From Nemertoderma westbladi (lineage: Eukaryota > Animalia > Xenacoelomorpha): 35,065 nucleotides of DNA. The position numbers were made by a program, and so were the translations under genes. The notes beneath the pieces are model-generated. The model had not been told where the DNA came from and ran no database searches. It saw only the letters and a program-made list of their open reading frames with translations. The stretch is from NCBI GenBank assembly GCA_032718475.1, contig JAUCBJ010001287.1, positions 1 through 35,065 on the forward strand, given 5' to 3'. Positions 22,211 to 35,065 of the stretch are shown here, in pieces; within the stretch, counting starts at the first letter, position 1, and each line of letters starts with the position of its first letter.

Positions 22211-22699
22211 CGAAGTGTCCTGATAATTTTTTATGTTGGTTTCTATGGATAGTGATTTTCGATCCATTCAAATACACATTAAATAGTAAACATTTGACAC
22301 TCACAATCTTGTGTGTCCTTTGGCACTACAATTAATTTAATTCATGATGATGAACATTGATAAAATACTGTTAATAAATTTACAAACTAAGTAGATTAGC
22401 GGTACCTGCTACCTAACAGCCTTATACATATGTAAAAGTACGACCGACAGGCCGGTGTAGCAGGAATATTTGCCCCCTGTTTAATCGGTCCCCATGGGTA
22501 TAATCTCCTATTGTCCCCCAGGTCTCATTCCCCTAGCATATTTCGTTCTCCCTGACATAATAATATCCTAAGAATAATGTTCCTCCCCTCAAGATAAATT
22601 GCCTCCTCATTTTTCAGCGCATCACTATGGCGGTTTCTATGGCGGTTTCCGGGATTTTATCTCAGAAGCCTAAGCCTATTCCTATATCGGTCCTACGAA

Positions 22700-22890
22700 T
22701 TACCCAAAAAAAGCACAAAATTACCCAGAAATACACAAAAAAAACACAATAAAACACAAAATTACCCATAAATACACAAAAAAGTAGAAAAAACACAATA
22801 AAACTCAAAATTCCCAGAAATACACAAAAAAAACAAAAAAAAACACGATAAAATACAAAAAACACAATATTACCCAAAAAAATTACTCCA
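22700..22890. repeat. A/C-rich low-complexity degenerate tandem repeat
   Basis: Recurrent AAACACAAAATTACCCA and AAATACACAAAAAAA blocks. Confidence 0.7.
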
Positions 22891-23324
22891 AATGGCAAAA
22901 ATAATTTATATCAGATAAATATGTATAAGTTATAATAGTTCCTTCGTATTTCGGTAGTGCTGCAATGTGTTTTAGTATCTTGATTAGGTTTGATAGTGAA
23001 AACAGTAATTTTATATACAGAACCGGGCAGCCGGTTGCAAAAATATGAAATAAGAGTATGAAGTAAGCTATGCTCTTGAGTTGTCGTTTATTGTTTTGGT
23101 TAAAAAATCCCACCTCTGTAACCTGATCCTTTCCATTAATGAAGAAATCTACTTTCGTTTATTGTATTGGTTAGAAAACACTCCCATGTAACCTGCTTTT
23201 TTCCTTTAAATTATGGTATGGAACGGAAATCATTTTTATTCATTTTCACATTTATGTTTTGGTTAGAATTATAATTTTATTGTTTACTGGTTGGGATTCA
23301 AACTGTACAACCTGATATAATCTT

Positions 23325-23477
23325 CTAAGAGGGGGCATAATATCCTAAGAGGGGGCATAATATCCTACAAGGGGGCATAATATCCTACAAGGGGGCATAA
23401 TATCCTCCTAAGAGGGGGCATAATATCCTAAGAAGGGGCATAATATCCTAAGACGGGGCATAATATCCTGAGAGGGG
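23325..23477. repeat. 20-bp tandem repeat (CTAAGAGGGGGCATAATATC), about 7 units
   Basis: Direct 20-bp periodicity. A degenerate inverse motif (GGAATATTTGCCCCCT) lies near 22463. Confidence 0.93.
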
Positions 23478-23619
23478 TACGTTTTAATATTACTTACGAA
23501 TAGGGTCGCCTTCACGTCTAATACATATTACTTTTAAAACACAAATTTAATTTTAATTTAATCAAATTTAATTTAATTAATTGAATTTAATTAATTGTAG
23601 TCAAAATACACTACAATAT

Positions 23620-26600
23620 GGTGGATATCGACATAGACAATAAGATGCGACTGATGGATATCGATGGAGACAATGAGGTGCGACTGCTGGATATCGACGT
23701 AGACAATGAGGTGCGACTAGTGGAAATCAACGGAGACAATGACATGCGACTGGTGGTTATCGATGGAGACAAAGAGGAGCGACTGGTGGATATCAATGGA
23801 CAAAATGAGATCGATGGAGACAATGAGGTGCGACGTGTGGATATCGATGGAGGCAAAGAAAGTGCGACTGGTGGATATCGATGGAGATAATGATATATGA
23901 CTAGTGGATATCAATGGAGATAATGATATGTGACTAGTGGATATCAATGGACAAAATGAGGTGCGACTGATGGATATTGATGGAGACAATTCGGTGTGAC
24001 TGTTGGATATCGATGGAGACAATGATATGCGACTGGTGGTTATCGATGGGGACAATGATAAGCGACTGGTGGATATTGATGGAGACAATGAGGTGCGACT
24101 AGTGGATATCGACGTAGACAATGAGGTGCGACTAGTGGAAATCAACGGAGACAATGACATGCGACTGATGGTTATCGATGGAGACAAAGAGGAGCGATTG
24201 GTGGATATCGATGGAGACAATGATATGAGACTGGTGGTTATCGATGGAGACAATGACATGCGACTGGTGGATAATGATGGAGACAATGATAAGCGACTGG
24301 TGGATATTGGCAGAGACAATGTGGTGCGACTGGTGGATATCTATGGACAAAATGAGGTGCGACTGATGAATAACGATGGAGACAATGATATGCGACTGGT
24401 GGATATCGATAGAGACAATGAGGTGCAACTGATGGATATCGATGGACAAAATGAGGTGCGACTGGTGGATATCGATGGACAAAATGAGGTGTGACTGGTG
24501 GATATCGATGGACAAAATGAGGTGTGACTGATGGATATTGATGGAGACCATGAGGTGCGACTGGTGGATATCAATGGACAAAATGTGGTACCACTGATGG
24601 ATATCGATGGAGACAATGAGGTGCGACTGATGGATATCGATGGAGTCAATGAGGTGCGGCTGGTGGATATCGATGGAGTCAATGAGGTGTGACTAGTGGA
24701 AATCAATGGAAACAATGATATGCGATTGGTGGTTATCGATGGAGACAATGACATGCGACTGATAGATATCGATGGAGACAATGATATGCCACTGGTGGAT
24801 ATCGATAGAGACAATGAGGTGCAACTGGTGGATAACGATGGAGACAATGAGGCGCTACTGGTGGATATTGAGTGAGACAATGGGGTGCGATAGGTGGATA
24901 CTGAGGGATGCAATGGGGTGCGACTGGTGGATATCTATGGACAAAATGAGGTGCGACTAACGGATATCGATGGAGACAATTATATGCGACTGGTGGATAT
25001 TGATAGAGACAATGAGGTGCGACTGGTGGATATCGATGGAGACAATGATATGCGACTGGTGGATATCGATGGAGACAATGATATGCACTAGTGGATATCA
25101 ACGTAGACATTGAGGTGCGACTGGTGGATATCGATGGAGACAATGAGGTGCGATAGGTGGATACTGAGGGATGCAATGAGGTGCGACTGGTGTATATTGA
25201 TGGAGACAATGAGGTGTGACAGGTGGATATCGATGATGACAATGATATGCGACTGGTGGATATTGATGGAGACAATGATATGCGACTAGTGGATATCAAC
25301 GGAGACAATGAGGTGTGACAGGTGGATATCGATGATGACAATGATATGCGACTGGTGGATATTGATGGAGACAATGATATGCGACTAGTGGATATCAACG
25401 GAGACAATGAGGTGTGACAGGTGGATATCGATGATGACAATGATATGCGACTGGTGGATATCGATGGAGACAATGAGGTGTGAAAGGTGAATATCGATGG
25501 TGACAAAGAAGGTGTGACTGGTGAATATCGATAGAGACAATGATGTGCGACTGGTGGTTATCGATGGAGACAAAGATATGCGACTGGTGGATATCAACGG
25601 AGACAATGAGGTGCGACTGGTGGATATCGATGGAGACAATGAGGTGTGACTGGTGGATATCGATGGAGACAATGAGGTGCGACTGGTGGTTATCGATGGA
25701 GACAATGAGGTGTGAGTGGTGGATATCGATGGAGACAATGATATGCGATTGGTGGATATCGACAGAGACAATGAGGTGTGACAGGTGGATATCGATGATG
25801 ACAATGATATGCGACTGGTGGATATTGATGGAGACAATGATATGCGACTAGTGGATATCAACGGAGACAATGAGGTGTGACAGGTGGATATCGATGATGA
25901 CAATGATATGCGACTGGTGGATATTGATGGAGACAATGATATGCGACTAGTGGATATCAACGGAGACAATGAGGTGCGACTGGTGGATATCGATGGAGAC
26001 AATGAGGTGTGACAGGTAGATATCGATGGAGACAATGATGTGTGAAAGGTGAATATCGATGGAGACAATGATATGCGACTGGTGGATATTGATGGAGACA
26101 ATGATATGCGACTAGTGGATATCAACGGAGACAATGAGGTGTGACAGGTGGATATCGATGATGACAATGATATGCGACTGGTGGATATTGATGGAGACAA
26201 TGATATGCGACTAGTGGATATCAACGGAGACAATGAGGTGCGACTGGTGGATATCGATGGAAACAATGAGGTGTGACAGGTGGATATCGATGGAGACAAT
26301 GATATGCGATTGGTGGTTATCGATGGAGACAATGAGGTGTGACAGGTAGATATCGATGGAGACAATGATGTGTGAAAGGTGAATATCGATGGAGACAATT
26401 ATATGCGACTGGTGTATATTGATGGAGACAATGAGGTGCGACTGGTGGTTATCGACGTAGACAATGATATGCGACTGGTGGATATTGATGGAGACAATGA
26501 TATGCGACTAGTGGATATCAACGGAGACAATGAGGTGTGACAGGTGGATATCGATGATGACAATGATATGCGACTGGTGGATATTGATGGAGACAATGAT

Positions 26601-28715
26601 ATGCGACTAGTGGATATCAACGGAGACAATGAGGTGCGACTGGTGGATATCGATGGAGACAATGAGGTGTGACAGGTAGATATCGATGGAGACAATGATG
26701 TGTGAAAGGTGAATATCGATGGAGACAATGATATGCGACTGGTGGATATTGATGGAGACAATGATATGCGACTAGTGGATATCAACGGAGACAATGAGGT
26801 GTGACAGGTGGATATCGATGATGACAATGATATGCGACTGGTGGATATTGATGGAGACAATGATATGCGACTAGTGGATATCAACGGAGACAATGAGGTG
26901 CGACTGGTGGATATCGATGGAGACAATGAGGTGTGACAGGTAGATATCGATGGAGACAATGATGTGTGAAAGGTGAATATCGATGGAGACAATGATATGC
27001 GACTGGTGGATATTGATGGAGACAATGATATGCGACTAGTGGATATCAACGGAGACAATGAGGTGTGACAGGTGGATATCGATGATGACAATGATATGCG
27101 ACTGGTGGATATTGATGGAGACAATGATATGCGACTAGTGGATATCAACGGAGACAATGAGGTGCGACTGGTGGATATCGATGGAAACAATGAGGTGTGA
27201 CAGGTGGATATCGATGATGACAATGATATGCGACTGGTGGATATTGATGGAGACAATGATATGCGACTAGTGGATATCAACGGAGACAATGAGGTGCGAC
27301 TGGTGGATATCGATGGAAACAATGAGGTGTGACAGGTGGATATCGATGGAGACAATGAGGTGTGACTGGTGAATATCGATGGAGACAATGATGTGCGACT
27401 GGTGGATATCGATGGAGACAATGATATGCGACTAGTGGATATCAACGGAGACAATGAGGTGCGACTGGTGAATATCGATGGAGACAATGATGTGCGACTG
27501 GTGAATATCGATGGAGACAATGATGTGCGACTGGTGGTTATCGATGGAGACAATGAAATGTGACTGGTGGTTATTGATGGAGACAATGATATGCGACTAG
27601 TGGATATCAACGGAGACAATGAGGTGTGACAGGTGGATATCGATGATGACAATGATATGCGACTGGTGGATATTGATGGAGACAATGATATGCGACTAGT
27701 GGATATCAACGGAGACAATGAGGTGCGACTGGTGGATATCGATGGAAACAATGAGGTGTGACAGGTGGATATCGATGGAGACAATGATGTGTGAAAGGTG
27801 AATATCGATGGTGACAAAGAAGGTGCGACTGGTGGATATCGATGGAGACAATGATATGCGACTAGTGGATATCGACGTAGACAATGATATGCGACTGGTG
27901 GATATCGATGGAGACAATGATATGCGACTGGTGGTTATCGACGTAGACAATGATATGCGACTGGTGGATATCGATGGAGACAATGATATGCGACTGGTGG
28001 TTATCGACGTAGACAATGATATGCGACTGGTGGATATCGATGGAGACAATGATATGCGACTAGTGGATATCAACGGAGACAATGAGGTGTGACTGGTGAA
28101 TATCGATGGAGACAATGATGTGCGACTGGTGGATATCGATGGAGACAATGATATGCGACTAGTGGATATCAACGGAGACAATGAGGTGCGACTGGTGAAT
28201 ATCGATGGAGACAATGATGTGTGAAAGGTGAATATCGATGGTGACAAAGAAGGTGCGACTGGTGGATATCGATGGAGACAATGATATGCGACTGGTGGTT
28301 ATCGACGTAGACAATGATATGCGACTGGTGGATATCAACGGAGACAATGAGGTGTGACTGGTGAATATCGATGGAGACAATGATGTGCGACTGGTGGTTA
28401 TCGATGGAGACAATGATATGCGACTGGTGGTTATCGACGTAGACAATGATATGCGACTGGTGGATATCGATGGAGACAATGATATGCGACTAGTGGATAT
28501 CAACGGAGACAATGAGGTGTGACTGGTGAATATCGATGGAGACAATGATGTGCGACTGGTGGTTATCGATGGAGACAATGAAATGTGACTGGTGGTTATC
28601 GATGGAGACAAAGAGGTGCGACTGGTGGTTATCGATGGAGACAATGAGGTGTGAGTGGTGGATATCAATTGAGATTGGAGACAATGATATGCGATTGGTG
28701 GATATCGACAGAGAC
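23620..28715. repeat. 33-bp satellite (GTGCGACTGGTGGATATCGATGGAGACAATGAG), about 5.1 kb, with higher-order structure
   Basis: 33-bp periodicity throughout. It generates all VRLVDIDGDNE and SPSISTSRISL ORFs in the track. Confidence 0.98.
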
Positions 28716-30314
28716 ATGCTTTCCAAACAATTTTTTGTAGAAAAGTTCGAACGCTAAAAGTGGGGTGGAAAGCTAAAACATATGTTTCGTATTTCATAAT
28801 TCAAATTTCATAAATCGTTTTAATATTTAAATAAGGGGGGCAGAGGGGGGGGGGGGGGGGGATTGTGCTTCACAATGAAGCCACTATATTCCAGGACATG
28901 GTTAATCATAGGAGATCTCCACGGACATGGTTCAGCACATAGCCAGGTACTGATGGGGATTTGGGTTGTTGGTAGGTAGGATTGGTTATAGAAGTCAGAC
29001 AAGATTAATAAAGACACAATGACAAGTTTGTACCGAGTCCACATATTTGTGTCTAGTCTATAATCCTACTCGTAATTAAGTTATAACAAATGACTCATTT
29101 CACGATTTTTGAAATGGTTTTAAGTTTTGTTACATTCATATTTAAAAATATATACATGATTTACAATGCCCGGCCCTGGCACACTGGTAATAGAAATAAA
29201 TAGAATAATATATTCAAAGAATAATATATTCAGTCTCCAGTGAGACTAAGGTATTTATGTATGTGGGTGTATGTAATTATACCACTGACAGATTGATTAC
29301 CTCGCTGAAATATCTAGAGCATTAGATGTACGGATCACCACCACCCGTAACTGAGGTACTTACTGCAAATTGAAACTCCTGTATCGATTTTTGAAAGGAT
29401 CCATTGCGAAGCAATTCAACTATATTGGAACATGATACTAATTCGAACAATAATTTATTTAAAAAAAATAATGAGAATTGCAAATATCCATTGGATCAAT
29501 CTCAATGAATTCTCAATTGTTTTGTTCGCAAAAAAATAATAAATAAGAGTCTAACAAAGAAAATGTGTAAATAAGAAAATTTAATTTTCTTTTATCCAAA
29601 CATAAAAAAACTAATATTTTCCACCTTCACCAATTACGATGTAAAATACGTTTATAAGGAGATGTGATCTAAATAACTTTGAGTATGAGCACCTTAATTT
29701 AGGTCAAGGTTCAAGAAAGGAAATTCATGTAGACCTAATTTACATATAGAATAAAACAAAGAAAATATAGCATGTTAGTGAGTAAATTACTGCAATATCA
29801 CCGAACTGAATCTATTAAAACAAATAGTTGTGTAACAATTCATGACAAATTCCACTTCATAGAAAAACAAACACTCTCTCGTTAAGGCAGTCAATGTTAG
29901 TTATTAGTCAACCATAACAGTGTATCAATAAGCATGCAGGTGCACGCGATATTAACTGTTAAGTTATTAATTAATTAATGCCTCTGTGTATACAAGTCAT
30001 CCATTTAATGAATTATGTTTAAAGAATCAAACTGCAAGTTCGTCTGAAATATATGAATTTGAATTTAATCGGTGGTTTAGTTTATAAGTCAGAAATCATG
30101 AATACGATTGTTGGGTTCACTCGACCGGCTATGATTTGACCTATACATCTTCCACCACATTGTCAATATAATTTTCGTTCTCATTGGCTTTTGCGATCAA
30201 ACGGTATAGACGGTACTTCTTGGTTGGACGTCTGGTGCACTACCAGTTCCACTAGAAAGCCTCACGCAAAAGGTAGACCGTGTTGTCATGATGCATGTCA
30301 ATCTATTAAAATAT

Positions 30315-32180
30315 CTCTGGCAGTGTAAGCCGCTTTATGTCTGGCAGTGTGTGCCACTTTATGTCTGGCAGTGTGAGCCACTTTATGTCTGGCAGTGTAA
30401 GCCGATTTATGTCTGGCAGTGTGTGCCACTTTATGTCTGGCAGTGTGTGTCACTTTATGTCTGGCAGTGTAAGCCGCTTTATGTCTGGCAGTGTGTGCCA
30501 CTTTATTTCTGGCAGTGTAAAGCCCGGTTCACAATTGAGCGATAAGCGATAAGAAACGTGCGATAAGAGATAAGCGATAAGCCGAAGCTTTCACAACTGG
30601 CGATAAGAAATAAGCGATAAGGTGATGCATTCACAACTGGCGATTAGAAATAAGCGATAGCCGATAAGGGTCTTATCGCTGGTGATAAGGACTTGAAAAA
30701 ATTTCAAAGTTTTGCCATAGGCGATAAGGATTAGCCAATAGAATGCGAAAGCCATATATATAATTATAAAACGCATCAAAATCAAAAACCTTTGAATACG
30801 TATTGACGCACTCGCTGCTATTTGTCAGACAGTTTTCAAATTTCTCAGAGTTTTCAATGATATCATTCTCAGAAGGTAGAGATACAGTATGTAGACTGGT
30901 GAAAATATCTTCTACAAGGCAATACATATTGATTGTTGACTTTCCAATACGGTAGCTTAGGGCAATTTTCTGTTGGGAGCTCTTATCGTTTATCTCTTAA
31001 CTCCTGGCTTATAGCTATCTCTTATCGCATATCTCTTAACTCCTGGCTTATATCTTATCTCTTATAGCTTATCTCTTATCGCTTATATCTTATGGCTTAT
31101 CTCTTATCGCTTATCTCTTATGTCTCCATTGTGAACCAGGCTTAAGACGCTTTATGTCTGGTAGTGTGTGCCACTTTATGTCTGGCAGTGTGTGCAGCTT
31201 TATGTCTGACAGTATGTGCCGCTTTGGCTGGCAGTGTGTGCCGCTTTATGTTTGGCAGTGTGTGCTGCTTATGTCTGGCAGTGTGTGCCACTTATGTCTG
31301 GCAGTGTGTGCCGCTTTAGCTGTCAGTGTGTTTTGTCTTATGCTGGTAGTGTTTGCAGCTTTATGTCTGGCAGTATGTGCCGCTTTGTCTGGCAGTGTGT
31401 GCCGCTTTGTCTGGCAGTGTGTGCCGCTTTATATCTGGCTATATGTGCCGCTTCATGTCTGACAATATGTGCTGCTTTGCCTGGCAGTGTGTGCCACTTT
31501 ATGTCTGGCAGTGTGTGCCGCTTTGTCTGGCAGTGTGTGCCACTTTATGTCTGGCAGTGTGTGCCGCTTTGTCTGGCAGTTTGTGCCACTTTATGTCTGG
31601 CAGTGTTTGCCGTTTTATGTCTGGCAGTGTGTGCAGCTTTGTCTGGCAGTGTGTGCCGCTTTATCTGGCAGTGTGTGCCGTTTTATGTCTGGCAGTGTGT
31701 GCCGCTTTGTCTGGCATTGTTTGCCGCTTTAAGTCTGGCAGTGTGTGCCACTTTATGTCTGGCAGTGTGTGCCGCTTTCTCTGGCAGTGTGTGCCAATTT
31801 ATGTCTGGCAGCGTTTACCGTTTTATGTCTGGCAGTGTGTGCAGCTTTATCTGGCAATGTGTGCCGTTTTATGTCTGGCAGTGTGTGCCGCTTTGTCTGG
31901 CATTTTTTTGCCGCTTTATGTCTGGCAGTGTGTGCCGCTATGTCTGGTAGTGTGTGCCGCTTTGTCTGGCAGTGTGTGCCAATTTATGTCTGGCAGTGTT
32001 TGCCGTTTTATGTCTAGCAGTGTGTGCCGTTTTATGTCTGGCAGTGTGTGCCGCTTTGTCTGGCATTGTTTGCCGCTTTATGTCTGGCAGTGTGTGCCGC
32101 TTTGTCTGGCAGTGTGTGCCACTTTACCGTTTTATGTCTGGCAGTGTTTGCCGCTTTATGTCTTGCAGTGTGTGCCACTT
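30315..32180. repeat. 22-24 bp satellite (TATGTCTGGCAGTGTGTGCCRCTT), split by a MITE
   Basis: 24-bp units on the left and mixed 22/24-bp units on the right. Source of the LYVWQCVP and MSGSVCRF ORFs. Confidence 0.96.
30521..31142. mobile_element. PIF/Harbinger-type MITE, 622 bp, TAA TSD
   Basis: TIRs AGCCCGGTTCACAAT / ATTGTGAACCAGGCT (1 mismatch). TAA at 30518-30520 and 31143-31145. Inverted 7-bp subterminal repeats (CGATAAG left, CTTATCG/CTTATCT right). Confidence 0.9.
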
Positions 32181-32320
32181 GCGCTTTTCCACTTACTATA
32201 ATCCATTAATTAATGCATGCAATAATAAACTATAATTTGATAGTGACATACCCGCATAAATGTAACAAAAGAGATGTTTTGCAGATATCCTGTTATTGCC
32301 TACAAATTTGTACAGGTATA

Positions 32321-32778
32321 TGTGGCTGGCCACGAGAAAAGGGACCTTATGTCGCAAAACCTGATTCTGAGATAATCGCGTTTAAAGTTTCCCTCTATTT
32401 TTGAACAAATTTAATTGGATTATCAATTTAGAAATGTATAAAACGATGCGGGAAATTCAAATTGGTTCTGATATTCAAGATACCTAGGAAAGAACTAATT
32501 ACAGGAAGCAATATAAGATGTTGCAGTGTTGTATATAACACTGTTTTAGTGTTTTCATGTCTGAATTTAGGACTTTAATAAAAGGTACTAATACGGGTAG
32601 GTAGGAATAGAGCTACCCGAATCACCTTCACATAAATCGCTATAACTTTTTTTTGGAAATAGATATTGAGACACCGTTTTTTTTGTTAAAATCTCTGTAA
32701 AATTCTGCATCTCATAGGCCTAATAACTCAAAATCGACCTCCGGTAACATAAGGTCCCTTTTCTCGTGGCCAGCCACC
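32321..32778. mobile_element. Non-autonomous DNA transposon (MITE), 458 bp, 32-bp TIRs, TA/TATA flanks
   Basis: TGTGGCTGGCCACGAGAAAAGGGACCTTATGT (32321-32352) vs ACATAAGGTCCCTTTTCTCGTGGCCAGCCACC (32747-32778); only the terminal base is mismatched. TATA on both sides. Confidence 0.9.
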
Positions 32779-34442
32779 TATATATAATTGCCTAATGTGT
32801 ATGGTATTTAGTTAAAAGGTACAATTTCGATTATTATATTAAGTGACCTAATAACGTTGATGCTTACAGTATGCTGATCCAAGAGGTTTGTTACGTGAAC
32901 GAAAATAGGAGAGACTAAAAATAAAGATGATATCTATGAAAAATTGTAACATCTCGAAAATACAGTGGATGAAACACTGCGTATGTCACCTTTCTTGTTG
33001 AATTATCATTCATAAAGCATAAAAGTAGAACAAGTTTGCACCAATATTTAACAAAACCAACAAAATCCAATAAGATTAACGAAATATATTAAAAATTCAG
33101 TTTCCTTGGTACAGAGACATACAATGTCACAACAGGCTACCGCCACTGCAAATAGGAAAAAGCTTCCAGTGTTCTCCTATGGTACATTATAATGTGCAAC
33201 ATAAACTCGTTTGTAAATGGTAATATCAAATATTTAGATTTGATTGTGAATACAATGTCTTTCGGTCAGCAGGTTACGTCAGTTAGCAGATATTAATTTA
33301 TAATTTGCAAAAAATCGTAATAAATATTGGTTATTGGATGAAAATCCAATCAACATACCAACAATACATAATAAATAATATCGCAGTGATTTACAGACGT
33401 ATACCGGTACATCAGTTGTTAGTCAATATTGAATAAAAATGGTAGTAAATGTGAAATCATTTAAACTAAATGATGTTAGAAAATGGATTACTGAATGAGA
33501 CAACAATATTCCTTCACATAAAATCCGGGCACATATATAATTGGGATTGGGAGTAGACGAACCATTAGGATTGCGCTGCTGGCTGGTAGGAACTTTGTAA
33601 AATAAATTGCCTTGGGGTAGATACCAAGAAGTGAAGGGTGGAAACAAATGTACTTTCTATTCACTTAGAAAGGGGCGAGTAAATATTTACTGGTGTGCAG
33701 TTACTTTCTCATAACCGATACCCCCTCCGTGTTCGGTATGTGAACCAACAATATGTCATGTCATATAATAATATATAATGACCAACGGATATTCTGATCC
33801 TATTCATCTCGCAGGACAACACATAGCAGGGAGGTTATACCCACGGCCCGCCAGCACCATAACTGCGTGATCAGTGGAGGTATACTGGTACTGTCTTATC
33901 AGAAAAATGTTTCCCTTTATTAATAATTTTTCCACAGACAATAAAAAACCCATGTATGCACAGGTAAGAAATAGCATCAGAAAAAATAATAATCATTGTC
34001 TTGACACTTTTAGACCACGTTGCGGACATACTTACTGTGATATATACTAGGATAGACCAGGATAGACCAGGCGATAAGGGATCCAACATTCTTTCATTTA
34101 TTTTTTTAATTTTCCCAAAATTTCGTTAGTTAACTAACTAATTTCGTTAATTAACAATTAAAAAAAAACCGTCGCAAATGGTTGATGGGATAAAAGCGTC
34201 AGAAACGGCATCGCAATGGGATGGAATGCCCTATTGTTCTTGGTGTACTGTACACAGATAGATTACAAATAAATTATAACTGCCCAACCCAACCCAACCC
34301 ACCCCCCCCCCCCACCCCCCCCCCCCCCCCCCCCACCCCGGAAATTGTTTTAAATTCAATATGCGGAATTGATAACACTTTATTGCAAAATATTCCCTCA
34401 TTGCATGTAACGTCGGTATACTTGCGAATGTTCATAACTCTA

Positions 34443-35065
34443 TTCCCATAGAGTCTCTTATTCGTTCGTTTATTTACTATTATCCTTTCCTATAGAGTCT
34501 CTTATTCGTTCGTTTATTTACTATTATCCTTTCCTATAGAGTCTCTTATTCGTTCGTTTATTTACTATTATCCTTTCCTATAGAGTCTCTTATTCGTTCG
34601 TTTATTTACTATTATCCTTTCCCATAGAGTCTCTTATTCGTTCGTTTATTTACTATTATCCTTTCCTATAGAGTCTCTTATTCGTTCGTTTATTTACTAT
34701 TATCCTTTCCTATAGAGTCTCTTATTCGTTCGTTTATTTACTATTATCCTTTCCCATAGAGTCTCTTATTCGTTCGTTTATTTACTATTATCCTTTCCTA
34801 TAGAGTCTCTTATTCGTTCGTTTATTTACTATTATCCTTTCCTATAGAGTCTCTTATTCGTTCGTTTATTTACTATTATCCTTTCCTATAGAGTCTCTTA
34901 TTCGTTCGTTTATTTACTATTATCCTTTCCTATAGAGTCTCTTATTCGTTCGTTTATTTACTATTATCCTTTCCTATAGAGTCTCTTATTCGTTCGTTTA
35001 TTTACTATTATCCTTTCCTATAGAGTCTCTTATTCGTTCGTTTATTTACTATTATCCTTTCCTAT
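34443..35065. repeat. Near-perfect 44-bp tandem repeat, about 14 units, runs off the right edge
   Basis: Unit TAGAGTCTCTTATTCGTTCGTTTATTTACTATTATCCTTTCCTA (starts at 34801 and 34845). The only variant seen is CCCATA vs CCTATA. Confidence 0.98.

Noticed and set aside
22451-23480. Single TIR element bounded by the 20-bp repeat and its inverse
   Set aside because: The left side is too degenerate; no matching termini or TSD found.
30288-32235. Cys/Trp-rich ORFs up to 282 aa (metallothionein- or keratin-associated-like)
   Set aside because: All three plus frames are open over a satellite with mixed 22/24-bp units; a repeat artefact.
33423-33900. Peptide-like stretches (YKVPTSQQRNPNG...) and a possible plus-strand acceptor near 33814
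   Set aside because: No consistent splice pair or recognisable homology.
34281-34340. Poly-C/poly-G tracts (also 17319-17338 and 28845-28862) as G-quadruplex elements or polyproline CDS
   Set aside because: Simple homopolymers of uncertain length with no supporting context.
1-35065. CRISPR array interpretation of the 20-44 bp repeats
   Set aside because: Units are head-to-tail with no unique spacers, there are no cas genes, and the context is eukaryotic and spliced.

Overview
Repeat-dense eukaryotic (animal-like) genomic DNA; the species cannot be determined from sequence alone. Genes: (1) a spliced plus-strand centrin/calmodulin-like EF-hand gene with three reconstructable exons (3485-3630, 3834-4048, 9957-10138); (2) a full-length Exo70/EXOC7 with an intron-free CDS on the minus strand (4604-6655), nested inside the 5.9-kb last intron of gene 1; (3) one orphan minus-strand candidate exon (20529-20765). 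Mobile DNA: three pieces of one RTE-clade LINE family (a 5'-truncated copy; an end-to-end copy with a perfect 34-bp target-site duplication, no RT core and a hairpin-packed 5' region; and an RT fragment held inside a 3.1-kb foldback element whose arms are built of a 21-bp palindromic repeat), a decayed RTE-X-like LINE, a tRNA-derived SINE, a PIF/Harbinger-type MITE and a TATA-flanked MITE. At least seven unrelated tandem arrays (20, 21, 22, 22-24, 33, 43 and 44 bp units) explain most short ORFs in the track. No novel system is demonstrated. The best leads are the nested gene arrangement, the RT-less RTE with a duplicated stem-loop motif, and the satellite-armed foldback carrying RT sequence.
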